NCBI RefSeq assembly: GCF_051650185.1
Contig: NZ_JBOFIN010000108.1
Coordinates: 29,889-61,888, forward strand
Length of the DNA stretch: 32,000 nt
Source: Scandinavium sp.
GTDB lineage: Bacteria > Pseudomonadota > Gammaproteobacteria > Enterobacterales > Enterobacteriaceae
Direction: 5' to 3'
Shown: in pieces, positions 1-6,736 of the stretch
Position numbering within the stretch: position 1 is the stretch's first letter
How the letters are laid out: each line of letters starts with the position of its first letter
The notes under the pieces: model-generated
The model's database searches: none
Told to the model about the DNA's origin: nothing
The model's input: only the letters and a program-made list of their open reading frames with translations
Made by a program: the position numbers and the translations under genes

Positions 1-31
1 CGCTGCAGATCTTCAAGCTGCTTTTTAGCAT
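1..31 (-). CDS. Rz1: Possible start of the embedded o-spanin (Rz1); only 10 codons in window
   Basis: ATG at 31 lies in the +1 frame inside Rz and reads MLKSSLKICS. This resembles the MLKLKMMLC start of lambda Rz1. The lipobox would lie outside the window. Confidence 0.35.
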   Translation of the reverse strand, partial: MLKSSLKICS

Positions 32-251
32 CAGCCAGTTCCTTTGTGTATTTCGCATCCAGCGCCGCAGTATCGCGTTGCCGGGTCTGCATGTCGGTGA
101 TAGTGGCGTTCGCCAGGCTGAGTTGCTCGGTGGCTTTATCACGCTGGTCTTTGTAGGTGATGGCGTTGTCGCGGTAGCTGTTAGCCATCAGAACAGCAAC
201 TACCAGCAGGCCAGCCAAAACCGCACCGATGATGGCAATAATTCTCTCCAT
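1..251 (-). CDS. Rz: Rz-type i-spanin, C-terminally truncated by the window edge
   Basis: Absent from the ORF track because it runs off the edge. The minus-strand ATG at 251 forms a TGATG overlap with the endolysin stop. Translation is [83 protein letters not shown]. This is an N-terminal TM helix plus coiled coil, close to Rz/RzpD as I recall it (YRDNAITYK, DAKYTKELADAK). Confidence 0.85.
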   Translation of the reverse strand, partial: MERIIAIIGAVLAGLLVVAVLMANSYRDNAITYKDQRDKATEQLSLANATITDMQTRQRDTAALDAKYTKELADAKKQLEDLQ

Positions 252-823
252 CAAAACACTCCCGGTGCTGATGGCGGAGTGCCGGGATTGAGTGGACCAA
301 AGCTGTCATCCGCTTTCTGAGGCTTCTCACCCCATAAGCAAACTTCGCGCTCAATCTCGCGGCGTGTAACAAGCCCTTTCCATTCCTTCCCGCCAGCATA
401 GGTCCAGCGACGCAACTGGTCACAAGCGCCCTTCTGATCGCCCTGATTAATCTTTTTTAGCAGCGTAGACGTTTTGAAGTTTCCGGCACCGACGTTATAC
501 ACGAACGAGTACATCGCGCCGCGCATCTCTTCCGGGATATCGGTCTTGATATACGGATCAATCTGCCTGGCGACTGTGTTCAGATCGGCATTAAGCAGTG
601 CTTTACACTCTGCTTCGGTGTAAGTTTTACCGAGCATGATGTCTTCGCCTGTATGCCCATAGCAAACAGTCCAGACACCTACGACATCCTTGTATGGCTT
701 GTACTTCACGCCTTCAAGCCCATCATTGCCCGTTGGGCCAGTGATGAGAGCTGATGCGATGGCGATTGCCCCGCCGCCGGTAGCAGCAATAACACTCTTC
801 CTTAGCGCTGGTGACATAGCCAT
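251..823 (-). CDS. SAR endolysin (GH24 lysozyme, phage 21 R / RrrD type) with a 25-aa Pro-rich C-terminal extension
   Basis: 190 aa. It has an N-terminal Gly/Ala-rich signal-anchor-release segment, [20 protein letters not shown]. The core [24 protein letters not shown] gives an E..(9)..D..(6)..T catalytic spacing. It is colinear with RrrD up to CLWG. Confidence 0.9.
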   Translation of the reverse strand: MAMSPALRKSVIAATGGGAIAIASALITGPTGNDGLEGVKYKPYKDVVGVWTVCYGHTGEDIMLGKTYTEAECKALLNADLNTVARQIDPYIKTDIPEEMRGAMYSFVYNVGAGNFKTSTLLKKINQGDQKGACDQLRRWTYAGGKEWKGLVTRREIEREVCLWGEKPQKADDSFGPLNPGTPPSAPGVF

Positions 824-824
824 A

Positions 825-1073
825 TTAAGTATCCTGTGGTGGTGCCGTGATGTATCCCTTTCTCAGGGCTTTCTCATAAGCTTTCGTCTGGCGTCTTTTG
901 AAATAAAGGTTCGTCAGGTACGTGGCTAAACCGATAAGGAAGCCGCCGATCACTGCCACCTTGTTCCAGTCGAGGTCGTGCAACCATTGCAAAATGCCGC
1001 CTCCACAAATAAGACTGCCGGACACGCAATACGAGATTGCGGATGCAATTTTGTCTGGCATATATCGGATCAT
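825..1073 (-). CDS. Class II holin / pinholin (S21 / EssD type) with a dual-start motif
   Basis: 82 aa with two TM segments. The [11 protein letters not shown] motif matches EssD/S21. The N-terminus MIRYM offers two Met starts separated by a basic residue, the antiholin/holin arrangement. It sits directly upstream of the SAR endolysin (TAA-T-ATG). Confidence 0.85.
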   Translation of the reverse strand: MIRYMPDKIASAISYCVSGSLICGGGILQWLHDLDWNKVAVIGGFLIGLATYLTNLYFKRRQTKAYEKALRKGYITAPPQDT

Positions 1074-1170
1074 CTCTATCTCCTCGCGTTAGTGCGGGAG
1101 CTGTGTGTAGGGTTCAGGCCCTTGGGCTGGATTAACAACAAAGCGTGTCGAGGATGTTTCCCGGGGCCTG

Positions 1171-1199
1171 AAAATAAAAAAGCTCGCGGCGCGGCGAGC
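1171..1199 (-). terminator. Rho-independent terminator between the tRNA and the holin
   Basis: Minus strand reads GCTCGC-CGCGCC-GCGAGC followed by TTTTTTATTTT. Confidence 0.7.
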
Positions 1200-1278
1200 A
1201 ATATGAGGGTGTGGCATGAGCCGAATGGCTCTTATAATCGGCGCATTCAATGAGCCGAATAGTCCCAGGCATTGGGTC

Positions 1279-1354
1279 TGGTTCGCCTGGCTGGATTCGA
1301 ACCAGCGACCGACTGCTTAGAAGGCAGATGCTCTATCCCCTGAGCTACAGGCAA
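1279..1354 (-). tRNA. tRNA-Arg (anticodon UCU, reads AGA)
   Basis: The reverse complement folds as a 76-nt cloverleaf. Acceptor stem is TTGCCTG/CAGGCGA with one G-U pair. D arm is GCTC-AGGGGATA-GAGC. Anticodon arm is TCTGC-CTTCTAA-GCAGT (4 WC pairs plus 1 mismatch, anticodon TCT). Variable region is CGGTC. T arm is GCTGG-TTCGAAT-CCAGC. Discriminator is A and CCA is encoded. Confidence 0.9.
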
Positions 1355-1379
1355 ATAAAAACCCGCACATTGGCGGGTT
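1351..1379 (-). terminator. Rho-independent terminator downstream of Q (tR'-like), abutting the tRNA 5' end
   Basis: Minus strand reads AACCCGC-CAATGT-GCGGGTT followed by TTTATTT. The U-tract runs into tRNA position 1. Confidence 0.7.
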
Positions 1380-1425
1380 GATGTAATTTTGGCAGCATAT
1401 CAGATTTACATGAAATATATGCGTT

Positions 1426-2112
1426 TCAATCCAGTTTTGCAAGACTTGCGTCCAAATTTGTCGCCTTTTGTTGTGAACGTGATCGCATTACATGATGCAG
1501 CGCGTCGGTATCGAGTCGGCGGTAGATGCGTTTCATCGCCAGCCAGCGCTCCGTGAATGTCTCAGACCAGTTCTTCTGGTTCACCCCTACCAGCTCAGCC
1601 AGTTCCTGATACTCGTAAGTGTCGCGCCCTGCCAACTCTGCTTTCGCGTCCTGAGCAGCAAGCCACACGAGGCTACGCAGCCGATCGACTGTTTTCCCGG
1701 CCACGCGCTTCCCGGCAAGTTCCTTCTGGAACTCGGACCATGCCCACTGCGTAATACTGACCTGATTCTCGAAGCGGATGCTCTCGCTGTAGTTCCATAA
1801 CAGCCATGCTTTCTGATGCTCGTCGAGAGACAGCAGTGCCCGGCGCCATGAAGCGGTCGCGAACTCTACCGGCTGCACCAGGGGGATATGCGAACCCTTA
1901 GCGCGTGACTGCTTCCCTGGTATCGGCGGATTATCCAGCGTCACCCACTTTTCCGTTTCTTCATCGAGTACCCGCATTTTCTTACGCTTGAATGTGTTGG
2001 TGTCGAACTGTGCATTCTCCAGCCATGCCATCAACTGGTCTTTGGTTGCTCCACTCAGATCGGTAGTGGCGAGGATGAGCTGCTGGCGTACGTACGATAA
2101 ATTGATAGTCAT
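1426..2112 (-). CDS. Q: Late-gene antiterminator Q-like protein
   Basis: 228 aa. It is the last gene of the nin operon, directly upstream of two terminators and the lysis cassette. AGGAG lies 9 nt upstream and the start overlaps the preceding ORF as ATGA. The family call rests on position plus a vague memory of similar 'antitermination protein Q' entries. Confidence 0.6.
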   Translation of the reverse strand: MTINLSYVRQQLILATTDLSGATKDQLMAWLENAQFDTNTFKRKKMRVLDEETEKWVTLDNPPIPGKQSRAKGSHIPLVQPVEFATASWRRALLSLDEHQKAWLLWNYSESIRFENQVSITQWAWSEFQKELAGKRVAGKTVDRLRSLVWLAAQDAKAELAGRDTYEYQELAELVGVNQKNWSETFTERWLAMKRIYRRLDTDALHHVMRSRSQQKATNLDASLAKLD

Positions 2113-2249
2113 AGTGCAGCTCCTGTTGCGCGATAAACGGTGATGAAATTTCGAAGGATGCGGTAGTCATGCAGAACCGAACCCGGGTAGCGGTAAATCC
2201 GCAGGAATTGCCACCGAGTGCGGAGTGCCTCAATGATTTCTGTCTTCAT
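2109..2249 (-). CDS. Small 46-aa ORF absent from the ORF track, translationally coupled between ninG and Q
   Basis: Translation is MKTEIIEALRTRWQFLRIYRYPGSVLHDYRILRNFITVYRATGAAL. It has ATGA start/stop overlaps with both ninG (2246-2249) and Q (2109-2112). AGGAGG lies 5 nt upstream. Confidence 0.55.
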   Translation of the reverse strand: MKTEIIEALRTRWQFLRIYRYPGSVLHDYRILRNFITVYRATGAAL

Positions 2250-2866
2250 GCAGCCTCCTGCTGGCGGGCTCGTCGCTTCTCCAGCGCTCGGGATTTGCGT
2301 GTGAAAATAGATTTGATGCGCTGCAGGTATGGAATATCGAATTTTCGCGTAGAGTTATCGTTGTTGAGGGCTTCAACCCTCTCCCGCCCAATACGCTCAA
2401 TTAGTCCCTGTTCAAATGCTTTCTGTGCGCCAGACTGATTGCGGTTACAGCGGACGCACTGTCCTGCGACGTTATTTAGGTTGAATGAGAGATGTGCGGC
2501 TGCGCCTCGGGACCTGTAGTGGCCACAGTCCATGGTTCCCCCGAATTTCTGTTCAGGGGTGGCACCGCAGCTTATGCAAGGAAGTCCGGCATCACGTAGG
2601 CGCACGTACTTATTGAATGCCGCCTGGGCCTCTTTCTTCCATTGAGGCTTGGTCTTGAGTGCTGCCTTGCGGATCTTCAGCTCACGGCGTTCCTGCTGGG
2701 TTTCCTGCTTACGTTTGCGCTCGGCTTCCAGCTTCTTCTTGGCAAGCAACTGCTGGCTGTACTCGTAGCCGTGTTCCGGACAGCACCACCAGACATTGGC
2801 GAACGTGGCCACAAACTTTTCTTTGCAGATTTTGCAGGTGCGGCGGGATGGTTTACGCATCATCAT
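2246..2866 (-). CDS. ninG: NinG / Rap recombination endonuclease
   Basis: 206 aa, colinear with lambda NinG. Shared segments include MMxKPxRRxCK, LKIRKxALKxxxxW, LPCISCG, DxGHYR and QCVxCN. Confidence 0.9.
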   Translation of the reverse strand: MMMRKPSRRTCKICKEKFVATFANVWWCCPEHGYEYSQQLLAKKKLEAERKRKQETQQERRELKIRKAALKTKPQWKKEAQAAFNKYVRLRDAGLPCISCGATPEQKFGGTMDCGHYRSRGAAAHLSFNLNNVAGQCVRCNRNQSGAQKAFEQGLIERIGRERVEALNNDNSTRKFDIPYLQRIKSIFTRKSRALEKRRARQQEAA

Positions 2867-3318
2867 GCCTCCTGCTTATCGCGCAGCTGCTCATACTCGC
2901 AGCCGTTAGGGATGGTCAACACCAGGCCGAACTGAGCACACCACATCTCAACCTTTACCAGGAAAATGTGCATTTCACCGGTATCAAGATCGGCAGTGTG
3001 CCGCGGCTCCCAGGTAGTGGTTTTCTCACCAGTGACGAAATCGGTGTATGTGACTTCCTGGCAGCCAAGGTAGGTTTTCTTGAGGTTGCGCTTCACCCAT
3101 TCAGGGGTTGCGTCGGTACGGCCGGAGTTAACCAGGTATTCGCTGATTTCGGTGTACCACATGTGGCTGAGTGCGTTCTGACTCAGGCTGCGCTTCTCGC
3201 GCCAGTCCTTCACCTGCAGGCGCAGGCATTTCCCTTCAGCGAGCTGCTGCTGAAGCAACTGGCTGATAGCGTTGAAGTTGCCGCTGTGGAGTTTGATACC
3301 GCATTGAGGGATGTTCAC
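2863..3318 (-). CDS. ninB: NinB / Orf-family recombination mediator
   Basis: 151 aa. GTG start with GGAGG 6 nt upstream. RSLSQNALSHMWYTEIS resembles lambda NinB RSLDQNRKLWACLGDVS. The stop overlaps ninG as ATGA. Confidence 0.7.
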   Translation of the reverse strand: MNIPQCGIKLHSGNFNAISQLLQQQLAEGKCLRLQVKDWREKRSLSQNALSHMWYTEISEYLVNSGRTDATPEWVKRNLKKTYLGCQEVTYTDFVTGEKTTTWEPRHTADLDTGEMHIFLVKVEMWCAQFGLVLTIPNGCEYEQLRDKQEA

Positions 3319-3509
3319 GCGCCACCTCCGCAGAGGTTAAACGCTGAATGCAGGAAATCGCCGGTGACGTTAGCCATCGGTGACAGGTGATGTGATGCTC
3401 GATTAGTCTTTTGCACTTTAACGTCCCCGTTAAAGCGCCAGATGCAGTGTCAGTTGTTCAGGCTGACACTGGTATTATGGACAGTTGATTCTGGAAAATC
3501 AAAGTTCTT

Positions 3510-4052
3510 TTAGTCTGCAAGAGTTGACGTCGTTGCGTCGAGATACTGCTTAAACTCAACAACTGTCATGGGGCTTTTCTGCGAAACATAGATAGTGTTT
3601 TCGGCCTCTTTCATTGGACCAGACTTATTAGTATCTTCAGTCAGGATGTATGTGTTACCGAAGCCTCTTGACCCAATTAACATGTCAGCTTCGTTACCAT
3701 AATAGATCCCCCGCTTAGACGATTTTATTTGACGGGCTGCTTTGTGGAAGAATTCATCTTGATGAACTGACGCGAACCCTCCAACGCCAAATCCGCCAAA
3801 CCTCTGCTCATCGGCAGGGACTGAGTCATCATAAAAACCAAAATAGCACAAGGGTTCTTCAAGCGACTGGGTCTCGCTTACAAAAAAGTTGTATAGGGCT
3901 TCCTTCCCCTCCTTGCCTTGCAACTCCTGCATTTCACGAGATATTTCACGCGTTATCTGGAATCGATAGTCACTTAGATGCTCGCTGCTTAGAGAAATCC
4001 CGCTCTCGTGCAAAAAATTCCAGGCATTTGAATCAACAATGATGTCAATCAC
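3510..4052 (-). CDS. Hypothetical 180-aa protein with a PIN-like acidic tetrad (candidate nuclease/toxin)
   Basis: GTG start with GGGAG 8-9 nt upstream. N-terminus MIDIIVDSNAW carries D7. ITREISRE carries E36/E40. GNEADMLIG carries D123. YILTEDTN carries D140. These match the four-acidic-residue order and the 17-residue D-to-D spacing typical of PIN domains. GC is visibly lower than in the flanks. Confidence 0.45.
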   Translation of the reverse strand: MIDIIVDSNAWNFLHESGISLSSEHLSDYRFQITREISREMQELQGKEGKEALYNFFVSETQSLEEPLCYFGFYDDSVPADEQRFGGFGVGGFASVHQDEFFHKAARQIKSSKRGIYYGNEADMLIGSRGFGNTYILTEDTNKSGPMKEAENTIYVSQKSPMTVVEFKQYLDATTSTLAD

Positions 4053-4070
4053 TTAAAAAATCTCCCATCT

Positions 4071-4096
4071 AAAAAACACTCAACCATAGGTTTGAG
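4071..4096 (-). terminator. Terminator/attenuator-like hairpin between the 84-aa and 180-aa genes
   Basis: Minus strand reads CTCAAACC-TAT-GGTTGAG (one bulge) followed by TGTTTTTT. It starts right after the TAA of the upstream gene and ends just before the downstream RBS. Confidence 0.5.
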
Positions 4097-4097
4097 C

Positions 4098-4352
4098 TTA
4101 TTTTTTATTTGCCTCTGCCATTTCCGTATAGCGGGGATCGGATGCCCTCGGTAACGTTATCGACTGCTCACGGTAAAACCTTACTCGCTCCATGAAGTAC
4201 TCGCGAAGGTGTTCTGGCTGTTCCCGGGCAACCTGCTCTGCCACTACCGGTTGATTCATGCGCTCTTTGAAAGCAACGCCGCTGGCGGCCAGGTCAATAT
4301 TCACCTTGTCGCGTTCTTCCTGGCTCTTTGCTGCGATGTTGAATTTTGACAT
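4098..4352 (-). CDS. Hypothetical 84-aa protein (candidate partner/antitoxin of the PIN-like gene)
   Basis: I prefer the internal ATG at 4352 ([16 protein letters not shown]) because GGAG lies 6 nt upstream. The 104-aa track ORF start lacks an RBS and overlaps the upstream gene. Confidence 0.55.
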   Translation of the reverse strand: MSKFNIAAKSQEERDKVNIDLAASGVAFKERMNQPVVAEQVAREQPEHLREYFMERVRFYREQSITLPRASDPRYTEMAEANKK

Positions 4353-4362
4353 AGAAGCTCCG

Positions 4363-4731
4363 TCACTGAGTCCGGGTACAAATGAGGGCCGTAACTCCAA
4401 GCACTTTATCATCCCAAGGGCCTTTGGAATCAGTCTGATCTAACTCCCTTGTCAAAAGAGAGTAATAGGGGCCACCCATGAATTGTAAATCAATGGTGGT
4501 GGTTAGGTAGGTTTTACCGTGATACCCCTGAGCTTGTAGGCGATCGCCACTAAGTTCAGAAACTTCGGCATCAAAATCACCATTGATGACAACATGCTTC
4601 TTATCAACAACGTGGATTTTCACACCCGCCTGACACTCAAACGTAATGGGTTGCTGTTTATCAAAAGGAATATAGTCGGCGTGAGCCATAAGTGGAGCTA
4701 TCAAAACCACTGCTGCGATCAGCGTTTTCAT
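4363..4731 (-). CDS. Small secreted (periplasmic) protein, function unknown
   Basis: From the ATG at 4731 (or 4737) the product begins [20 protein letters not shown], a classical Sec signal with an AHA cleavage site. The mature protein is about 104 aa with 2 Cys. Its stop TGA overlaps the RBS of the 84-aa gene. Confidence 0.6.
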   Translation of the reverse strand: MKTLIAAVVLIAPLMAHADYIPFDKQQPITFECQAGVKIHVVDKKHVVINGDFDAEVSELSGDRLQAQGYHGKTYLTTTIDLQFMGGPYYSLLTRELDQTDSKGPWDDKVLGVTALICTRTQ

Positions 4732-4744
4732 GTTCATTAGCCAT

Positions 4745-4774
4745 AACAAAAAGAGCCATACGTTAGCATGGCCC
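4745..4774 (-). terminator. Rho-independent terminator after the 245-aa gene, immediately upstream of the cassette
   Basis: Minus strand reads GGGCCAT-GCTAACGT-ATGGCTC (one G-U pair) followed by TTTTTGTT. Confidence 0.6.
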
Positions 4775-4797
4775 ATGAAGCTTTGTTTTGCGCTTAA

Positions 4798-5535
4798 TCA
4801 CTCCTGCTGCGGTGCTGCTGCAATCATGGCCTTGTGCATTGCGTCGTAGCCATCCTCCTCTACCCGCCTTGCTGCATCAATCATCGCGCGAGTCGCATCA
4901 AACGGCACCATTACCCAACCATCCGGAATCACCTGATAGCTGCCATAACTGGACGCGGAAGCAAGACGTAACGACAGCAATTCACGATAAGCATTAGACT
5001 GCGGATTATTGCCGTGAATCATCCCTTCCAGGTCTTCGTTTGTGAATGAGTTATCAGGCAACTTGTAAGGCTGGATTGCATGTTCGGAATTACCGGACAA
5101 CTGCGGGGCGGCGACATTTGCAAACGCAGCACGCAAACCTATTTTGATGTCTTCCGCATCGTCAGCGCCGACCGGGTCATCGGAAATAGCACGACAGAAT
5201 GCAAATGCCATCTCGTCGTTTATCTCGATGGGTGCCGCTTTCCGGTATTCCTGAAGTTCTGCGCGTTCCGCTGCGCTGTCCTGACCGTATTGCCGAACGC
5301 GATCCCACAGCGACAATGGGCCATACTCTAACTCTTTCGGTACGTTCAGCTCATCCAAACAAAATGAAACCAGCTCTGCAGCCTCGTAACCCCGCCGTAA
5401 AGCTCCCTCAGCAAGCCTGTGTTCCCGAAGCTCGTTAACAATCAGGGCCAGCTCCTCGCCGCTTATATTCACTACACGCGCATGGTGTGATGCGAGGTAT
5501 TGCAGACGATGCTCTGTTGGTTTGTTATTGGTCAT
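4798..5535 (-). CDS. Hypothetical nin-region protein (245 aa)
   Basis: Long ORF. I prefer the ATG at 5535 (MTNNKPTEHRL), which overlaps the upstream stop by 11 nt. No motif recognised. Confidence 0.6.
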   Translation of the reverse strand: MTNNKPTEHRLQYLASHHARVVNISGEELALIVNELREHRLAEGALRRGYEAAELVSFCLDELNVPKELEYGPLSLWDRVRQYGQDSAAERAELQEYRKAAPIEINDEMAFAFCRAISDDPVGADDAEDIKIGLRAAFANVAAPQLSGNSEHAIQPYKLPDNSFTNEDLEGMIHGNNPQSNAYRELLSLRLASASSYGSYQVIPDGWVMVPFDATRAMIDAARRVEEDGYDAMHKAMIAAAPQQE

Positions 5536-5998
5536 TGGCCTGCTCCTTGATATGTAATCGGGGTTCACCGTCTTTGGGCTCCGGCCACTGGCGTGCCATG
5601 TTTACTTTCAGCTTTTCTTCCATCGCGGCTGTAATTTCGCCATCAGATATACCGGCGCGGCGCTGGGCATCCCATAGCAGAAACTGCATATCTGCCCATT
5701 CGCTCAGGTCGTAAGGTTGGGCGGCAGCCTCCAGCGCTTCTTTAGACAGGTGCTTAAGCGGGCCTATTGGCCCGACATAGCCGAAAGTTTTATCCGACCA
5801 TTCGGCGTGCCGCTGTCGAATGAGATTGCGCAGCTGAAACAGTGGGCCTGTCTCCTGCTTCATGCCAGCCAGCAGCATGCGTGCCATTTCAAGCTCTTCT
5901 TCCAGCCCTTCGCGAATGGCGGTGAACGCGCTTTGCGCTACGGCGAACTCCAACTTCGTAATCTTTTGCTGAACGCGCTCTTTGGTGATTGTGGTCAT
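5525..5998 (-). CDS. Probable DUF550 / MazG-like nucleotide pyrophosphohydrolase
   Basis: 157 aa. The segment KTFGYVGPIGPLKHLSKEALEAA..DLSEWADMQFLLWDAQRRAGI resembles lambdoid nin-region DUF550 (dATP/dGTP pyrophosphohydrolase-like) proteins as I recall them. Confidence 0.5.
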   Translation of the reverse strand: MTTITKERVQQKITKLEFAVAQSAFTAIREGLEEELEMARMLLAGMKQETGPLFQLRNLIRQRHAEWSDKTFGYVGPIGPLKHLSKEALEAAAQPYDLSEWADMQFLLWDAQRRAGISDGEITAAMEEKLKVNMARQWPEPKDGEPRLHIKEQANDQ

Positions 5999-6303
5999 GG
6001 TTCGCTCCAGTTATCTTCAATCGTCACGCTCAGGCGATGTAGCCAATCGGCAAGTTTCAGCATTGCCTCTCGGTCGCTTAGGCCGCCTGGAAAATCGTCC
6101 AGCGTCACCACGGGCTTGAATGCTCCGTAACGGTCACGCTCTACTGTGAAGTATTGCTCCAGCGTGGTTCCGCTTTGACTGGACGTATGCCTGACTAGGT
6201 ACTTTGAGACCTTCTCTCGTGCCTCTGGGTCATATTTATACTCAACAAGCGTCATGCTGCTGCGTCGAGAATCTATGCCGAGGAAGTTGAGCAGGTTAGC
6301 CAT
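5995..6303 (-). CDS. Hypothetical protein (102 aa)
   Basis: ATG at 6303 (MANLLNFLG) is preceded by GGAGGTGA. The track start at 6312 is a GTG inside that RBS. Confidence 0.55.
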   Translation of the reverse strand: MANLLNFLGIDSRRSSMTLVEYKYDPEAREKVSKYLVRHTSSQSGTTLEQYFTVERDRYGAFKPVVTLDDFPGGLSDREAMLKLADWLHRLSVTIEDNWSEP

Positions 6304-6304
6304 A

Positions 6305-6736
6305 TCACTCACCTCCCTGAATCAGTATGGTGATGCCAGATGCACGAATTGCTTCAGCGCACTCTTTTATTACGTTATTTCTGAATTCACTAAAAATGTA
6401 CGCACCTCGATTGGCGAATGGATGGTCTGGTACGTGGCTAAATCTTGGGAGCATTACAACACCTGCTGATTTCTGCCTTTCCAGCAGCAGCGCCTGCTCT
6501 GCTGATTCGGCGCGGGATTGCAGTTCTTCAATATTTCGGCGCAAGGCTGCATTAACCCCCTCTTCTTTCCCTAATGCTAAATCAAGATGCTGGTTCAGCG
6601 TCTTTTCTGATTCCAACGCATCCAGCAGCGCATCCATCTCATGCGGGAACAGCACAACATTGCTGCCAGTCTCGGATGCGCCAATGCATCGGTTGCGCAG
6701 CTCAGCCAGCGCCTCTTTGGTCATTGGTGTAGTCAT
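6305..6736 (-). CDS. Hypothetical coiled-coil protein (Ead/Ea22-like by position)
   Basis: I prefer the ATG at 6736 (MTTPMTKEALAELRNR), which overlaps the upstream stop as ATGA. The central segment is heptad-like. Confidence 0.55.
   Translation of the reverse strand: MTTPMTKEALAELRNRCIGASETGSNVVLFPHEMDALLDALESEKTLNQHLDLALGKEEGVNAALRRNIEELQSRAESAEQALLLERQKSAGVVMLPRFSHVPDHPFANRGAYIFSEFRNNVIKECAEAIRASGITILIQGGE

Noticed and set aside
1200-1278. A second tRNA or pseudo-tRNA next to tRNA-Arg, as in Stx phages with ileZ-argN-argO.
   Set aside because: I could not build an acceptor, T or anticodon arm. There is no TTCGAAT-like T-loop.
1074-1278. Toxin or virulence cargo between Q/tRNA and the holin.
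   Set aside because: The only ORF is a 91-aa plus-strand one (978-1253) that overlaps the holin gene, with no RBS and no recognisable product. The transcribed minus strand carries no ORF in this gap.
1381-1430. An explicit PR'/qut late-promoter call downstream of Q.
   Set aside because: TTGAAA at 1424-1429 has only poor -10 partners, either TAAATC at 15-nt spacing or weak hexamers at 17 nt. I cannot place the promoter or the Q-utilisation site with confidence.
2659-3390. 243-aa plus-strand ORF across ninG/ninB.
   Set aside because: It is antisense to two genes with clear lambda homologues and has a Cys/Arg-rich nonsense-like composition.
4732-4776. Longer start (MGHANVWLFLLWLMN) for the secreted protein ORF.
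   Set aside because: It would be translated through the upstream terminator hairpin. The signal peptide begins at the MKT (or MNMKT) start.
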